Assembly: GCA_965116845.1 (NCBI GenBank)
Contig: OZ220728.1
Location: 2,630,044-2,694,043 of the forward strand
Direction: 5' to 3'
DNA from: Vicinamibacterales bacterium
Lineage (GTDB): Bacteria; Acidobacteriota; Vicinamibacteria; Vicinamibacterales; UBA8438
DNA: 64,000 nucleotides
Shown here: positions 53,759-64,000 of the stretch, one piece after another
How positions within the stretch are numbered: position 1 is the first letter of the stretch
Layout of the letters: the number at the start of each line of letters is the position of its first letter
The notes under the pieces: generated by a model
Told to the model about the DNA's origin: nothing
Databases searched by the model: none
The model's input: the letters and a program-made list of their open reading frames with translations, nothing else
Position numbers and translations under genes: made by a program

Positions 53759-54349
53759 ATGAGTAAGGGAAGGACGATGTTGTATTTCCTGCTGCCGCTG
53801 ACCATGTCCGCAGGCTTGGCGGCGGCGTCTTTGGTTGCACCGCATGTCTCACCCGTCGTGACGAGGTCGACGGTGTCCATCGTCGCGCCGGCGGCGGAGG
53901 CCGTGCCGGTCGCCCCGCGGAGCGACGTCCCGGCGGAGGCCAGGTGTCGGTTCCTGCACCGCGGCGACCAGAGTCGAAGCCTGGAGCTTGCGGTGACCGG
54001 GCTCCATGCGGAAGGTGATGAGAACGCCGGGCTGGTGCTGGCTTGGACGGAACCGTCGTTCACCCTGCACCTCGACGGCTACGAGTACCACGGCTACATG
54101 GCCCGCGAGAGTTCGCGCGGCACCGCGTGGATCGACGCGGGGAAGCGGGCGACGGCGGTCATGCTTCCGGCGTCCCTGTCCGGACGCGGACATGAATTCG
54201 AGGTGGTGGCGCGGTACCGCTATCCGCTTCCGGACGGCCATGCCTACTACTGGTATGGACCGGTAGCGAGCACGGAGCGGACTGCGTCCCCGAACGCAGC
54301 CTGCGGTCCGATCTTCGGGCAGCCGGACACGACGTTGGCGGTGGAATGA
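53759..54349 (+). CDS. Hypothetical secreted protein
   Basis: ATG 5 nt after AGGAGG. Signal MLYFLLPLTMSAGLAAASLVA. No recognisable family. Confidence 0.6.
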   Translation: MSKGRTMLYFLLPLTMSAGLAAASLVAPHVSPVVTRSTVSIVAPAAEAVPVAPRSDVPAEARCRFLHRGDQSRSLELAVTGLHAEGDENAGLVLAWTEPSFTLHLDGYEYHGYMARESSRGTAWIDAGKRATAVMLPASLSGRGHEFEVVARYRYPLPDGHAYYWYGPVASTERTASPNAACGPIFGQPDTTLAVE

Positions 54350-54376
54350 AGACCGGCCGGGATTCCCCGCGGCCTT

Positions 54377-54408
54377 GGAGTCCTGCGCCACGGAACGGAG
54401 CGGACTCC
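54377..54408 (+). repeat. Hairpin GGAGTCC(t)GC...GCGGACTCC (third copy of the recurrent palindrome)
   Basis: 9 bp stem with a 1-nt bulge. Lies 28 nt after the stop at 54349. Confidence 0.35.
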
Positions 54409-54604
54409 GCCGCGGGTCCCGGCGCCTCCACCAACCGAATGAATTCGCACCCGGGTCCGAGCCCGGATCGGACCCGGCTGGCTCGAGCAGCACGGGCACG
54501 TCAAACGCGGTCCAGCCATCCGCACGCTACGATCCGTTGGCAGTCCGCTTCTTGCGGTTGACGTCGTGGGCCGAACTCCACCAAGCGATCCGGGCGCCTG
54601 CCGG

Positions 54605-56134
54605 ATGGACGATCCGATCTGGTTCTGCGTCCGACGTGGCGGCGCAGCGATGCGCAAAGGGTGGACGTCCGCAGACACGTTGCGTGCATTGCCTGATCGG
54701 GTGGGCGCCCGCGAGGGGGATGTCATCGAGGTATGTGTTGCAGAGGACCTTCGCCGGGTTCCTCCGCACCGCCTGGCCCGGGTTTTCTCCAATCGGGCCC
54801 GCGGGCGGGTGGGGCTGGAGATGACCAACGGGCGCGAGAGCATCCGAGTGGCGCCCACCCGCATGATCGCCACGAACCTCACGTTCGCTCGGGCGTTCGA
54901 GCGGTTCCTGCCGCCAACGTCCGACAGCGTGGAGGATCTCGCCGCAGAAGGCCGAGTGCGAGCCTTCACCGCGCGACAGTTCCTGGTTGCGGGGCGCGGT
55001 GCCGTTCAGGAGACGGAACTGTTTCGCGGTTCGACCCTCGTGCCTCCGACTCCGGCCGGCGAGAAGAACCGCGCCGGCGACCTCGCCACGGGAATCGGCG
55101 GCTGGATGCTGCGGAACCTGCGGCCGGACGGGGGCTTGCCGTACAAGTACTGGCCGAGTCGCGGAGCAGAATCGCCGGCCGACAACGCCATTCGGAGATT
55201 CCTGGCCTCCCTGTCCCTCGCCCGTCTTGGTGAGCACCGGGGCGACGCCGAGATTCGCGAAGCGGCTCGGCGCAACCTGCGCTTCAACCTCGCGAGGTAC
55301 TTCCGGCCCCTCGGCGGCGGACGCGGCGCCATCGTGGAGCGGACCGGCGCCAAGCTCGGAGCGGCGGCGCTTGCCGCACTCTGCATCCTGGAGAGCCCGG
55401 CGTCGAGCGAGTTCTCGACCGAGTTGGGCATGCTGGCAGCGGGCGTGGCTTCCCTCGCGGATGACGAGCTCGGATTCCGGACGTTCTTCTTCCCGCCGGA
55501 GCGCGACGGCGAGAACTGGAACTTCTATTCCGGCGAGGCCCTCCTGTTCTGGGCCGAGGCCTTGCGGCGGAAGTCACCCGGCGCCCCGTCGCTCGAGCGG
55601 TGCGTCGCTGCCTTCACGCGGTGCCGCGCGCGACACCGTCGGGCCCGCAACCCCGCCTTCGTCCCCTGGCACACGCAAGCCTGTGCGTCCCTGTTCGCCC
55701 AGACCGGGAGGCGCGAGTTCGCCGACTTCGTGTTCGAGACGAACGACTGGCTGCTGCCCATGCAGCAATGGGACCGCCTGCCCGCCGATCTCCGCGGCCG
55801 GTTCTACGACCCCGCGCGGCCGGAGTTCGGCCCTCCACACGCGGCCTCTACCGGTGCGTACCTGGAGGGGCTTGCCGACGCCTGGGCGCTGGCCCGCTCG
55901 CAGGGCGATGGCACCCGCGCCGCCGCATACCGCCGCGTAATCGACCGCGGCCTGCGGTCCTTGCGGCAACTGCAGTTCCGCGGGCCGCACGACATGTTCT
56001 ACATCGGGAAGCGGGAACGCGTCCGGGGTGCGCTGCGCACCGAGGCCTACGACAACGCGGTACGTGTCGACTCGGCCGCGCACGCCCTCGCCGCCGCGCT
56101 GAAGCTGCTGCGGTCGACTTCCCTTCACGACTGA
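54605..56134 (+). CDS. Hypothetical protein, C-terminal alpha/alpha-toroid-like region
   Basis: Long ORF with normal coding composition. LRPDGGLPYKYW and WNFYSGEALLFW resemble prenyltransferase or six-hairpin repeats. The family was not identified and the start is uncertain. Confidence 0.55.
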   Translation: MDDPIWFCVRRGGAAMRKGWTSADTLRALPDRVGAREGDVIEVCVAEDLRRVPPHRLARVFSNRARGRVGLEMTNGRESIRVAPTRMIATNLTFARAFERFLPPTSDSVEDLAAEGRVRAFTARQFLVAGRGAVQETELFRGSTLVPPTPAGEKNRAGDLATGIGGWMLRNLRPDGGLPYKYWPSRGAESPADNAIRRFLASLSLARLGEHRGDAEIREAARRNLRFNLARYFRPLGGGRGAIVERTGAKLGAAALAALCILESPASSEFSTELGMLAAGVASLADDELGFRTFFFPPERDGENWNFYSGEALLFWAEALRRKSPGAPSLERCVAAFTRCRARHRRARNPAFVPWHTQACASLFAQTGRREFADFVFETNDWLLPMQQWDRLPADLRGRFYDPARPEFGPPHAASTGAYLEGLADAWALARSQGDGTRAAAYRRVIDRGLRSLRQLQFRGPHDMFYIGKRERVRGALRTEAYDNAVRVDSAAHALAAALKLLRSTSLHD

Positions 56135-56769
56135 GGCGAGACGTAGTAGCCGCGGCCCGGCCCCGGGAGAACGTCGAAGATCAGATGCACGCGCGCCACG
56201 TCCGTCGGATTGCGCGCATCGTGCGTCGCCTTGTTGTCGAACGCCCACAACTCTCCTTCGCGCATCACCACCGTCTCCCCGCCGGACGTCAACGGACTGC
56301 CGTCCCGGCTCTGCAGCACCAGGTGGAAGCGATCGCGCGGGCGGTAGTAAGCCCCCGCGTCGACGTGCGGCCGGACCCAGCCCCGTGGCTGCAGGGCAAC
56401 CAGCGTGGCGCGCCCCAGCTCCCCCTCCTGCAACCGGGCTATCTCTTCACAGAAGGTCAACGCCGTCGGGAATTCGCGGGCAGACCGGGCGGTACGGCTC
56501 TCGTGCACGTCGTTGGCGTTCTTCGCTCCCCGAGGCAGGGGCTTGCGCGCGACCCGCAGGAAGATGTTCAGCGTGTCGCGCTGGCAACGGACCTTGCGCT
56601 GTCGGCTCGTGTCGGCGTGCCAGAGATCGGGCGCCGCGGCCAGCTCCGCCAGGAACGGCGACACGTCGATTCCTTCCGCGAGCCTGGTGAACCGGCTCGC
56701 ACCGTCCTGCGCCTCAGGGGGCGGCAACATGATGCTGCCGTGCGCGGTCCTGGTGGCATCTGTCGTCAT
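56125..56769 (-). CDS. Aspartyl/asparaginyl beta-hydroxylase-family 2OG/Fe(II) oxygenase (cupin)
   Basis: ATG 56769 after GGGAGG. RPHVDAG (HxD), RFHLVL, EGELWAFDNKATHDARNPTDVARVHLIFDV, matching the Asp_Arg_Hydrox core. No signal peptide. Confidence 0.75.
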   Translation of the reverse strand: MTTDATRTAHGSIMLPPPEAQDGASRFTRLAEGIDVSPFLAELAAAPDLWHADTSRQRKVRCQRDTLNIFLRVARKPLPRGAKNANDVHESRTARSAREFPTALTFCEEIARLQEGELGRATLVALQPRGWVRPHVDAGAYYRPRDRFHLVLQSRDGSPLTSGGETVVMREGELWAFDNKATHDARNPTDVARVHLIFDVLPGPGRGYYVSPQS

Positions 56770-56909
56770 CGTTGCCTCCCGGGCGTCCGCTGAACGGAGG
56801 TCCGTCGCGGTTTCGTCGATCGTCCCGGACTGCCGCCTCGAGGCGCCGGCAAGGCGCCCGGGCAAGCCATCGTAACCCTGCCGACCAGCCCGGGAATCCG
56901 TGCGCGCGC

Positions 56910-58898
<1,989 letters not shown>

Positions 58899-59313
58899 CG
58901 GGCTCATTCCCCTGTAACTCAACTCGAATCCGTGCACACGTTCGGCGCCGAGACCGTGTCGAGGTCGGACGGGAGGGGCCGCTTGTCCTTCGCTCTGCGC
59001 CGCCGCGCAGCAGGGGCCTGGGGCCTCGGCGGGCTGCCGTGCGACTGACCATAGGCCACGCTTTTAGCACATCCCATGGCGAGGCTCCAAACCTGAGACG
59101 GAGACTCGCTATCGCCCTTAACTCTAAGAATGAGAATCATTTGCAGGACTACTGCCCAGCCCATGATCAGTAGCGATCGCAGCGACGGAAAGGCCGCGCT
59201 CGCGAGCAGCCCGTCGCGCGATTCGCAGGGTAGGTCGGCGGCCCGGACTCCCGGCGTACCGCCTCGATCGGCAGCCGCGCCACGGGCGAATCAACCTCGT
59301 TGCGGGTGGGGCG

Positions 59314-60099
59314 TCACGCCCGCGCACGGCGCGACCAGCGCCAGGCGCCTCCGATCAGCAGCAGCCCGAGCCCCAGGAGGCCAGGCAGCGGCAGCACCGG
59401 CACCGCCGCCGCGCAATCGCCTCGGAACTCGTCCAGCGTCAGCAGCCACGCCCGGAAGTCGTCGGTCGCCGGCGTGCAAAGACCGCCGTTGTCCTCGATC
59501 CGCAGCCGGCGCAAGCTCGGCATGTGCCGAACGCTTTCCGGCAGGTCACCGGTCAGCCGGTTCTGGTGAAGACGCAGCTCCCACACCTTGGCCAGGTTGC
59601 CCAGACGGGAGGGGACGGGTCCGCTCAGCGCGTTGTTGGAGAGGCGCAGGACCTCCAGCTCGGTCAGGTTTCCGAGCTCGGAGGGAATCGGACCGGTCAG
59701 TGCGTTGTTGGAGAGGCGCAGGTCCTTGAGGCGCGCCAGCATCCCCAACTCCGGTGGGATCGAGCCGCGCAGGTTGTTGCCGCCCGGGCCGCACAGGTCC
59801 AGACTGGTGACGCGGCCGCCCTCGGTCTCGACGCCGAACCAGGTTCCCAGGGGCTGGTTGCTCAGCCAGTTGGTGCTTTCGATCCAGTCGCGCCCGCCGG
59901 CCGCGTGATACAGGGCCTCGAGCGCCTCGCGGTCGTCCGCGTTTTCCTGGGTCGCCTGCACGCCGGCGGCTCCGGTGAGCTGTGCCCCGGGCGCGCACGG
60001 ATCCGCCGGTTGTGCCCGCGCCGCGCCCGCCATGCTCCCGACGAGCCCCATCCACAGCAGCACCTTGGGTACTCGCGTGATCGTGGAACCGCTGTGCAT
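59314..60099 (-). CDS. Secreted plant-type leucine-rich-repeat protein with PEP-CTERM/VPLPA-CTERM-like tail
   Basis: Signal [17 protein letters not shown]. Cap [30 protein letters not shown]. About five L..L.LS.N.L(T/S)G.(I/V)P.ELG.L units. C-terminus [29 protein letters not shown]. Confidence 0.8.
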   Translation of the reverse strand: MHSGSTITRVPKVLLWMGLVGSMAGAARAQPADPCAPGAQLTGAAGVQATQENADDREALEALYHAAGGRDWIESTNWLSNQPLGTWFGVETEGGRVTSLDLCGPGGNNLRGSIPPELGMLARLKDLRLSNNALTGPIPSELGNLTELEVLRLSNNALSGPVPSRLGNLAKVWELRLHQNRLTGDLPESVRHMPSLRRLRIEDNGGLCTPATDDFRAWLLTLDEFRGDCAAAVPVLPLPGLLGLGLLLIGGAWRWSRRARA

Positions 60100-60189
60100 G
60101 GGAATGATCCTACCCGGTAGGCGAGTGGCCGACACTCGCTTCTCCATCGTGCCGCAGCCTGGACGAGAGCACGTCCTCGGCGGTACGGT

Positions 60190-60405
60190 GTGCGGTCGGA
60201 GGACGCGGTAGCGGCGGATCCGGCGCCGGCGGGGGAGAGCGTCGACTACCGGGCGGACGGCAGCCCCGGCTACGACGACAACTTCTGGCTGGACGAAGGC
60301 ACGGCCTGGGAGCGGAGTCGGCGCACGTCGCTGATCGTCGACCCACCGCACGGCCGGATACTGCGCGGGGCTCGCGTCCGGGGCTCGCGTCCCGGCGGCA
60401 GCTGA
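60190..60405 (+). pseudogene. Remnant of a paralog of the C-terminal domain of the 43737..45884 protein
   Basis: The translation [31 protein letters not shown] aligns with [31 protein letters not shown]. Only about 55 aa of a ~330-aa domain remain. No plausible start or RBS. Confidence 0.45.
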
Positions 60406-60435
60406 CGGAGGAAGAGGCGGGACCGCTGGGCCAAA

Positions 60436-60936
60436 TCAGTGCGGCACCGTCTGACCCACGACGTACACCCGGCGGCAGTCGTCGATGACGCCTTCGGGGT
60501 GGAACGTGCACTGGAGCGCGACCGCCCCGCCGGGCAGCGGATCAGGTGAGATGATGATCTCGTCGTCGGGTCTTCCGATGTCGAGTCCTCCGATCAGGAG
60601 CTCCGCATCGACGGTCTGCTCAACCCCCGCGTCGATCGCGATGCGGGTGCGGAAGGAACTGAAGCCGGGCAGCGTGATGGCAATCGTGTACGCGCCCGGC
60701 GGCAGCCCGGAGAGCCGGTAGCGGCCTTCCAGGTCGGTCACCTCGAGCCGCGGTTCGGACAGTGCCGGGCCCGTCGCCAGCACGGTGACCCCCGGCAGCC
60801 CTTCACCCGCACCATCGACCACCCGGCCGGCGATGGCTCCGTCCTGCACGAAGGCAGAGACCGTCACCCAGATGGCCGCGAAGGCGAGAAGCGCCGAGGT
60901 CGGTGCGCGTCGCGTCACAAGCACCTCCTGTCGCAT
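60436..60936 (-). CDS. Carboxypeptidase-regulatory-like domain protein
   Basis: Signal SALLAFAAIWVTVSAFV. GAIAGRVVDGAGEGLPGVTV...DLEGRYRLSGLPPGAYTIAI. Confidence 0.75.
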   Translation of the reverse strand: MRQEVLVTRRAPTSALLAFAAIWVTVSAFVQDGAIAGRVVDGAGEGLPGVTVLATGPALSEPRLEVTDLEGRYRLSGLPPGAYTIAITLPGFSSFRTRIAIDAGVEQTVDAELLIGGLDIGRPDDEIIISPDPLPGGAVALQCTFHPEGVIDDCRRVYVVGQTVPH

Positions 60937-61103
60937 CGTAGCACCGGGCGTGCCGTCCGCAAAACTGGCGCGGCGTGCATGTGCTTCCCCTGGAAGCGCT
61001 TGCCGGTCTCGCGTCACGGAGGTACGTTTCCGCACGCGGGTCGGCGCGGGTGTCGTGGGGTGCGCGGCGTGCGCGGGTCGGCCTTCGAAGGAGAGCTCGG
61101 CCC

Positions 61104-61556
61104 ATGTGGGCGTGCCCGAAGTGCGGCGTGAAGTTCGTCAACCGGAACCAGTGGCACTCCTGTGGGCGGGCGACCCTGGACGACTGGCTGGGCGGGCTCG
61201 GGTCGTCCGGCATGGCGCTCTATCGCCGCTTCGTAGCCATCATCGACGCGTGCGGCGACTTCCATGTGGCGCCGGCGAAGACGCGCATCGCGTTTCTCGG
61301 CCAGGTGCGATTCGCAAGCATCACCCGGCTCCGAGACGATGTGATGGTGTGCTCGTTCGCGCTGCCGTCCGCGCTCCGTTCGCCGCGGCTGACGCGCGTC
61401 GAGGAAGTCGTCCCCGAGTGGTTCGTGCACACGCTCGTCGTGACGGACCCCGAGGAGCTCGACGACGAGGTGCAGCGCTGGATGCGCGAGAGCTACAGGC
61501 TCATGGGCATGCGCGAACGCCTCCGAGAGCGACGGCGGGCCGGTCGTCGCGATTGA
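61104..61556 (+). CDS. DUF5655-like protein with N-terminal CxxC zinc-ribbon-like motif
   Basis: ATG 61104 after AAGGAG. MWACPKCGVKFVNRNQWHSC, then FHVAPAKTRIAFLGQVRFA, typical of DUF5655. Confidence 0.6.
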   Translation: MWACPKCGVKFVNRNQWHSCGRATLDDWLGGLGSSGMALYRRFVAIIDACGDFHVAPAKTRIAFLGQVRFASITRLRDDVMVCSFALPSALRSPRLTRVEEVVPEWFVHTLVVTDPEELDDEVQRWMRESYRLMGMRERLRERRRAGRRD

Positions 61557-61597
61557 GGGTGGTGGCTGCAGACGGCGCTGTCGCGACGCAGGCCCCG

Positions 61598-62281
61598 TCA
61601 GGCCAGCAGGTGGGCGAGCACGTCGTCCATCAGGCGGTTGATGGCCCCATGGCGCGCTGCGGGGGTGCGGCGCAACTCCTGCTCGGTCTGTACGTAGGGG
61701 CCGGGGACCAGCTCGTCGCGGCAATGCTCGATGAGGGCGTCGACGCTGGCGGGCGTCGCCTCCAGGTGGAACTGCAGGGCGATGACGTGGCGCCCGATCT
61801 GGAAGGCCTGATTCTCGCATGCCGCGCTGCCGGCCAGACGAACGGCGTCGGCCGGCAGGTCGAACGTCTCCCCGTGCCAGTGGAACGCGAGGTGCTCCGG
61901 GGGGAACTGGAAGCGGGGCGCCACGTCCGGCACGCCGCGAACCGGGAACCAGCCGATCTCGCGAGCGGTGCCGGGATACACCGGGGCCCCGAGGGCGCTC
62001 GCGATCAACTGGGCTCCGAGGCAGACGCCCAACACCGGAATCCCGCGGTCGACCGCCTCGCGCACGAATTGCTTCTCGGTCCGGAGCCAGACCAGCTCGC
62101 CCTCGTCGTTGACGCTCATCGGCCCGCCCAGCGCAACCACCGCCCCGACGGCTTCCACGGGGGGCAGCGGGTCTCCGGCGAACAGCCGCGTGCAACCGAC
62201 GTCCGCGCGTCGTGCGGCCAGCCAGTCGGCGATGCTGCCCGGACCCTCGAACGGGACGTGCTGGAGCACCTGCACCTGCAT
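61598..62281 (-). CDS. Class I glutamine amidotransferase-like protein
   Basis: MQVQVLQHVPFEGPGSI...PVLGVCLGAQLIA (nucleophile Cys elbow)...HWHGETF...QFHLE. Confidence 0.8.
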   Translation of the reverse strand: MQVQVLQHVPFEGPGSIADWLAARRADVGCTRLFAGDPLPPVEAVGAVVALGGPMSVNDEGELVWLRTEKQFVREAVDRGIPVLGVCLGAQLIASALGAPVYPGTAREIGWFPVRGVPDVAPRFQFPPEHLAFHWHGETFDLPADAVRLAGSAACENQAFQIGRHVIALQFHLEATPASVDALIEHCRDELVPGPYVQTEQELRRTPAARHGAINRLMDDVLAHLLA

Positions 62282-62448
62282 CGCGGCACCGAGTGTACTG
62301 GCTACGAGGACAGGGCGGGCTGGAGGCTGTCGCGGGGGACCGTCTGCGACGTCAATCGGAACCCTTCGGAGCGTCCGGCCTGGTTTGCGCTGCAGGAGCG
62401 CGACGCCTCGATTCTGCTTGACTCCCGAGCCGGCAGGGTCGGGCGGTG

Positions 62449-63294
62449 TCAGGGCGTCGGTCGGCGGTCCGGCGTGGCGCGGCTGGCGATCCACTCGGTG
62501 ACCACCGCGGTGAAGCGCTCCGGCTCCTCGAAGAACGGTTGGTGGCCGCTCTTCTCGAACAGATGCAGGGTGGCGTCGGGCAGCGCGGGCGGGATCCCGT
62601 CCCACAACTCGTGGGGCACCGTGTAGTCCGAGCGTCCGTGCGCGAGTAGCACCGGCACCGTCAGCGAGCCGGGGTCGGCGGTGACGGTCCACTCGGGCGA
62701 CAAGGTGCCCGCGATGTGCATGAGCAGCTCGGGGCGGGACACCGCGCCGGCAAAGAGCGGCGCCGCGTCCACGTCAGGATCGTGAAAGCGCATCGGCGTC
62801 TGGGCCAGCAGCATCTGTCCCGGCGACGGCTGGGGCGGAAGCGCGGCCAGGTTGTCCTGAAGCCGCCGCTTGCGGGCGTCGTCGGCGTCCGCCTCGAAGA
62901 ACGCCGCGCTCCGGTCGCCGAGCGCCTTCATGTCGCCGTGGGGCGGAGTGCCCACCGTGACGACATGCGAGACCCGTTCGGGGAGTCGGCGGGCGCTTTC
63001 GAGTGCGAGCATGCCGAGGATCGAGTGACCGAGCACCGCGACGCGGTCGACTCCGAGCGCGGCGCGTATGGCGTCGACGTCCTGCGCCATCCGGTCGAAC
63101 GACAGGTCCGTCGTGCGCCCGGTCGACCGTCCCCCTCCACGCAGATCGACGTACACCAGCGTCAGGTGGTCCGGGAGCTGGGGCGCCATCTGGCGCTCGT
63201 AGGGCGCGGTGCCGATCGCGCTCAGCACGAGGCAGACCGGACCGCTGCCGTGGACGGTGCAGTACAGCTCCGCACCGTCGACCGAAACCGTCAT
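62449..63294 (-). CDS. Alpha/beta hydrolase
   Basis: ATG 63294 after AGGAGG. VLGHSILG nucleophile elbow. C-terminal GHQPFFEEPERF. Confidence 0.8.
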   Translation of the reverse strand: MTVSVDGAELYCTVHGSGPVCLVLSAIGTAPYERQMAPQLPDHLTLVYVDLRGGGRSTGRTTDLSFDRMAQDVDAIRAALGVDRVAVLGHSILGMLALESARRLPERVSHVVTVGTPPHGDMKALGDRSAAFFEADADDARKRRLQDNLAALPPQPSPGQMLLAQTPMRFHDPDVDAAPLFAGAVSRPELLMHIAGTLSPEWTVTADPGSLTVPVLLAHGRSDYTVPHELWDGIPPALPDATLHLFEKSGHQPFFEEPERFTAVVTEWIASRATPDRRPTP

Positions 63295-63371
63295 CGTTCC
63301 TCCTGTCGCGGTTGGGGTCGAAGCGCCTGCGCCTAACGGGGACCGGCTGCCTGCCGGGCCGGCGCGCGACG

Positions 63372-64000
63372 TCAGGAGTGCACGCGCACCGTGACGTCCT
63401 TGAAGGTCTGGAGTCCGCCGTCGTGGGCGATGCAGCGCAGCACGTAGGTGCCCGGCGCGCTGAACGTGGCCCGCACCACCCAGCGGTTGTCGGGCGGGAT
63501 CGGGGGCGGCTCCCAGCCGGCCGACCAGGGGGAGCCGCCCCCGTCGCGGAAGTCCTCCCACACCTTCGTCTGCGGCGGGTCGAAGGCGACCGGGGCGGGA
63601 CCGCGGTAGCGGATCCAGGAAAGCCGCAGGCCGGTCGCGGCGAACAGCACGGAGCGGGTCCGGCCGATCCAGACGTCGGGGATGGGCCGGCGGGTGGGCT
63701 TGCCGTCGTCGGTGGCGACAGCGCGCAGCAAGACCGGCTCGCCGACGGCGGCCGTCAACTCGCGGTCGGTCTCGACCGTAAGCACCGGCGCCCGGTTGCC
63801 GACGGTGTCGGGACGGAATCCGCCCTGGCCGCCGCCGCCGAAGTTGGCCATCAGCACCGTGTCATCGACGGCGTATCCCTGCCGCAGCGTGCCGAACGCC
63901 TGCGCCGTCACGCCGTTGACGGTCAGCGTCCAGACCACCTCGCCCCGGCCGAAGTCGGCCGGCACCGGGACGCGGAAGACGAAGCGGTTGCGCCGCGGGA
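63372..64000 (-). CDS. Hypothetical protein, 5'-truncated by the window edge
   Basis: The reading frame stays open from 63965 to 64000 (the GTG at 63965 is probably internal). Ig/PKD-like C-terminal sequence. Family not identified. Confidence 0.5.
   Translation of the reverse strand, partial: PRRNRFVFRVPVPADFGRGEVVWTLTVNGVTAQAFGTLRQGYAVDDTVLMANFGGGGQGGFRPDTVGNRAPVLTVETDRELTAAVGEPVLLRAVATDDGKPTRRPIPDVWIGRTRSVLFAATGLRLSWIRYRGPAPVAFDPPQTKVWEDFRDGGGSPWSAGWEPPPIPPDNRWVVRATFSAPGTYVLRCIAHDGGLQTFKDVTVRVHS

Noticed and set aside
58919-59164. 81-aa minus-strand ORF in the lower-GC region upstream of the GD-repeat gene.
   Set aside because: It has no RBS, no motif and odd composition. It more likely lies within the promoter or 5' leader of the GD-repeat gene.

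Overview
Very GC-rich bacterial chromosomal segment. I call about 48 protein-coding genes. By eye I found no rRNA, tRNA, CRISPR array, transposase, integrase or prophage genes. The content points to Acidobacteriota (inference): a PadR regulator next to an ADOP-type duplicated FtsX permease, a VWFA-related acidobacterial-domain protein, several carboxypeptidase-regulatory-like proteins, and DUF1592/DUF1552 pairs. Housekeeping genes include pyruvate kinase, the M3 peptidyl-dipeptidase Dcp and a RecD2-type helicase. The window is dominated by secreted or periplasmic proteins of unknown function. (1) There are three paralogous pairs of a roughly 820-aa DUF1592-family protein with two CxxCH motifs and a Tat-signal DUF1552 protein. 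Two of these pairs are flanked by a signal-peptide ankyrin-repeat protein. Two further paralogous ankyrins lie elsewhere, one of them directly downstream of another CxxCH protein. (2) A peptidylglycine-monooxygenase-like copper enzyme is fused to a CxxCH domain and TPRs. About 17 kb away is a secreted PAL-like NHL lyase domain. Together they form a split PAM-like pair. (3) A co-oriented run encodes a lipoprotein with about 55 consecutive Gly-Asp dipeptides plus a 15-Asp tail, a lipoprotein with two cadherin-like repeats carrying DPDGD motifs, and an Asp/Asn beta-hydroxylase-family oxygenase. (4) A NosR-like protein is split into two genes and coupled to a secreted metzincin. (5) An AdoMetDC-like gene overlaps an atypical class I methyltransferase. 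(6) A Tat/Sec-exported cluster encodes NTF2-like, cupin, CxxCH, YVTN-propeller and cytochrome c proteins. Non-coding observations are three canonical sigma70-like promoters (two of which explain spurious TTG ORF starts), several GC-rich hairpins including a recurrent GGAGTCTGCGCC palindrome, a 3 x 24-nt tandem repeat, and a gene remnant. All family names were recognised by eye from motifs and need HMM or BLAST confirmation. Many very long ORFs in the six-frame track are antisense or off-frame artefacts of the high GC content.
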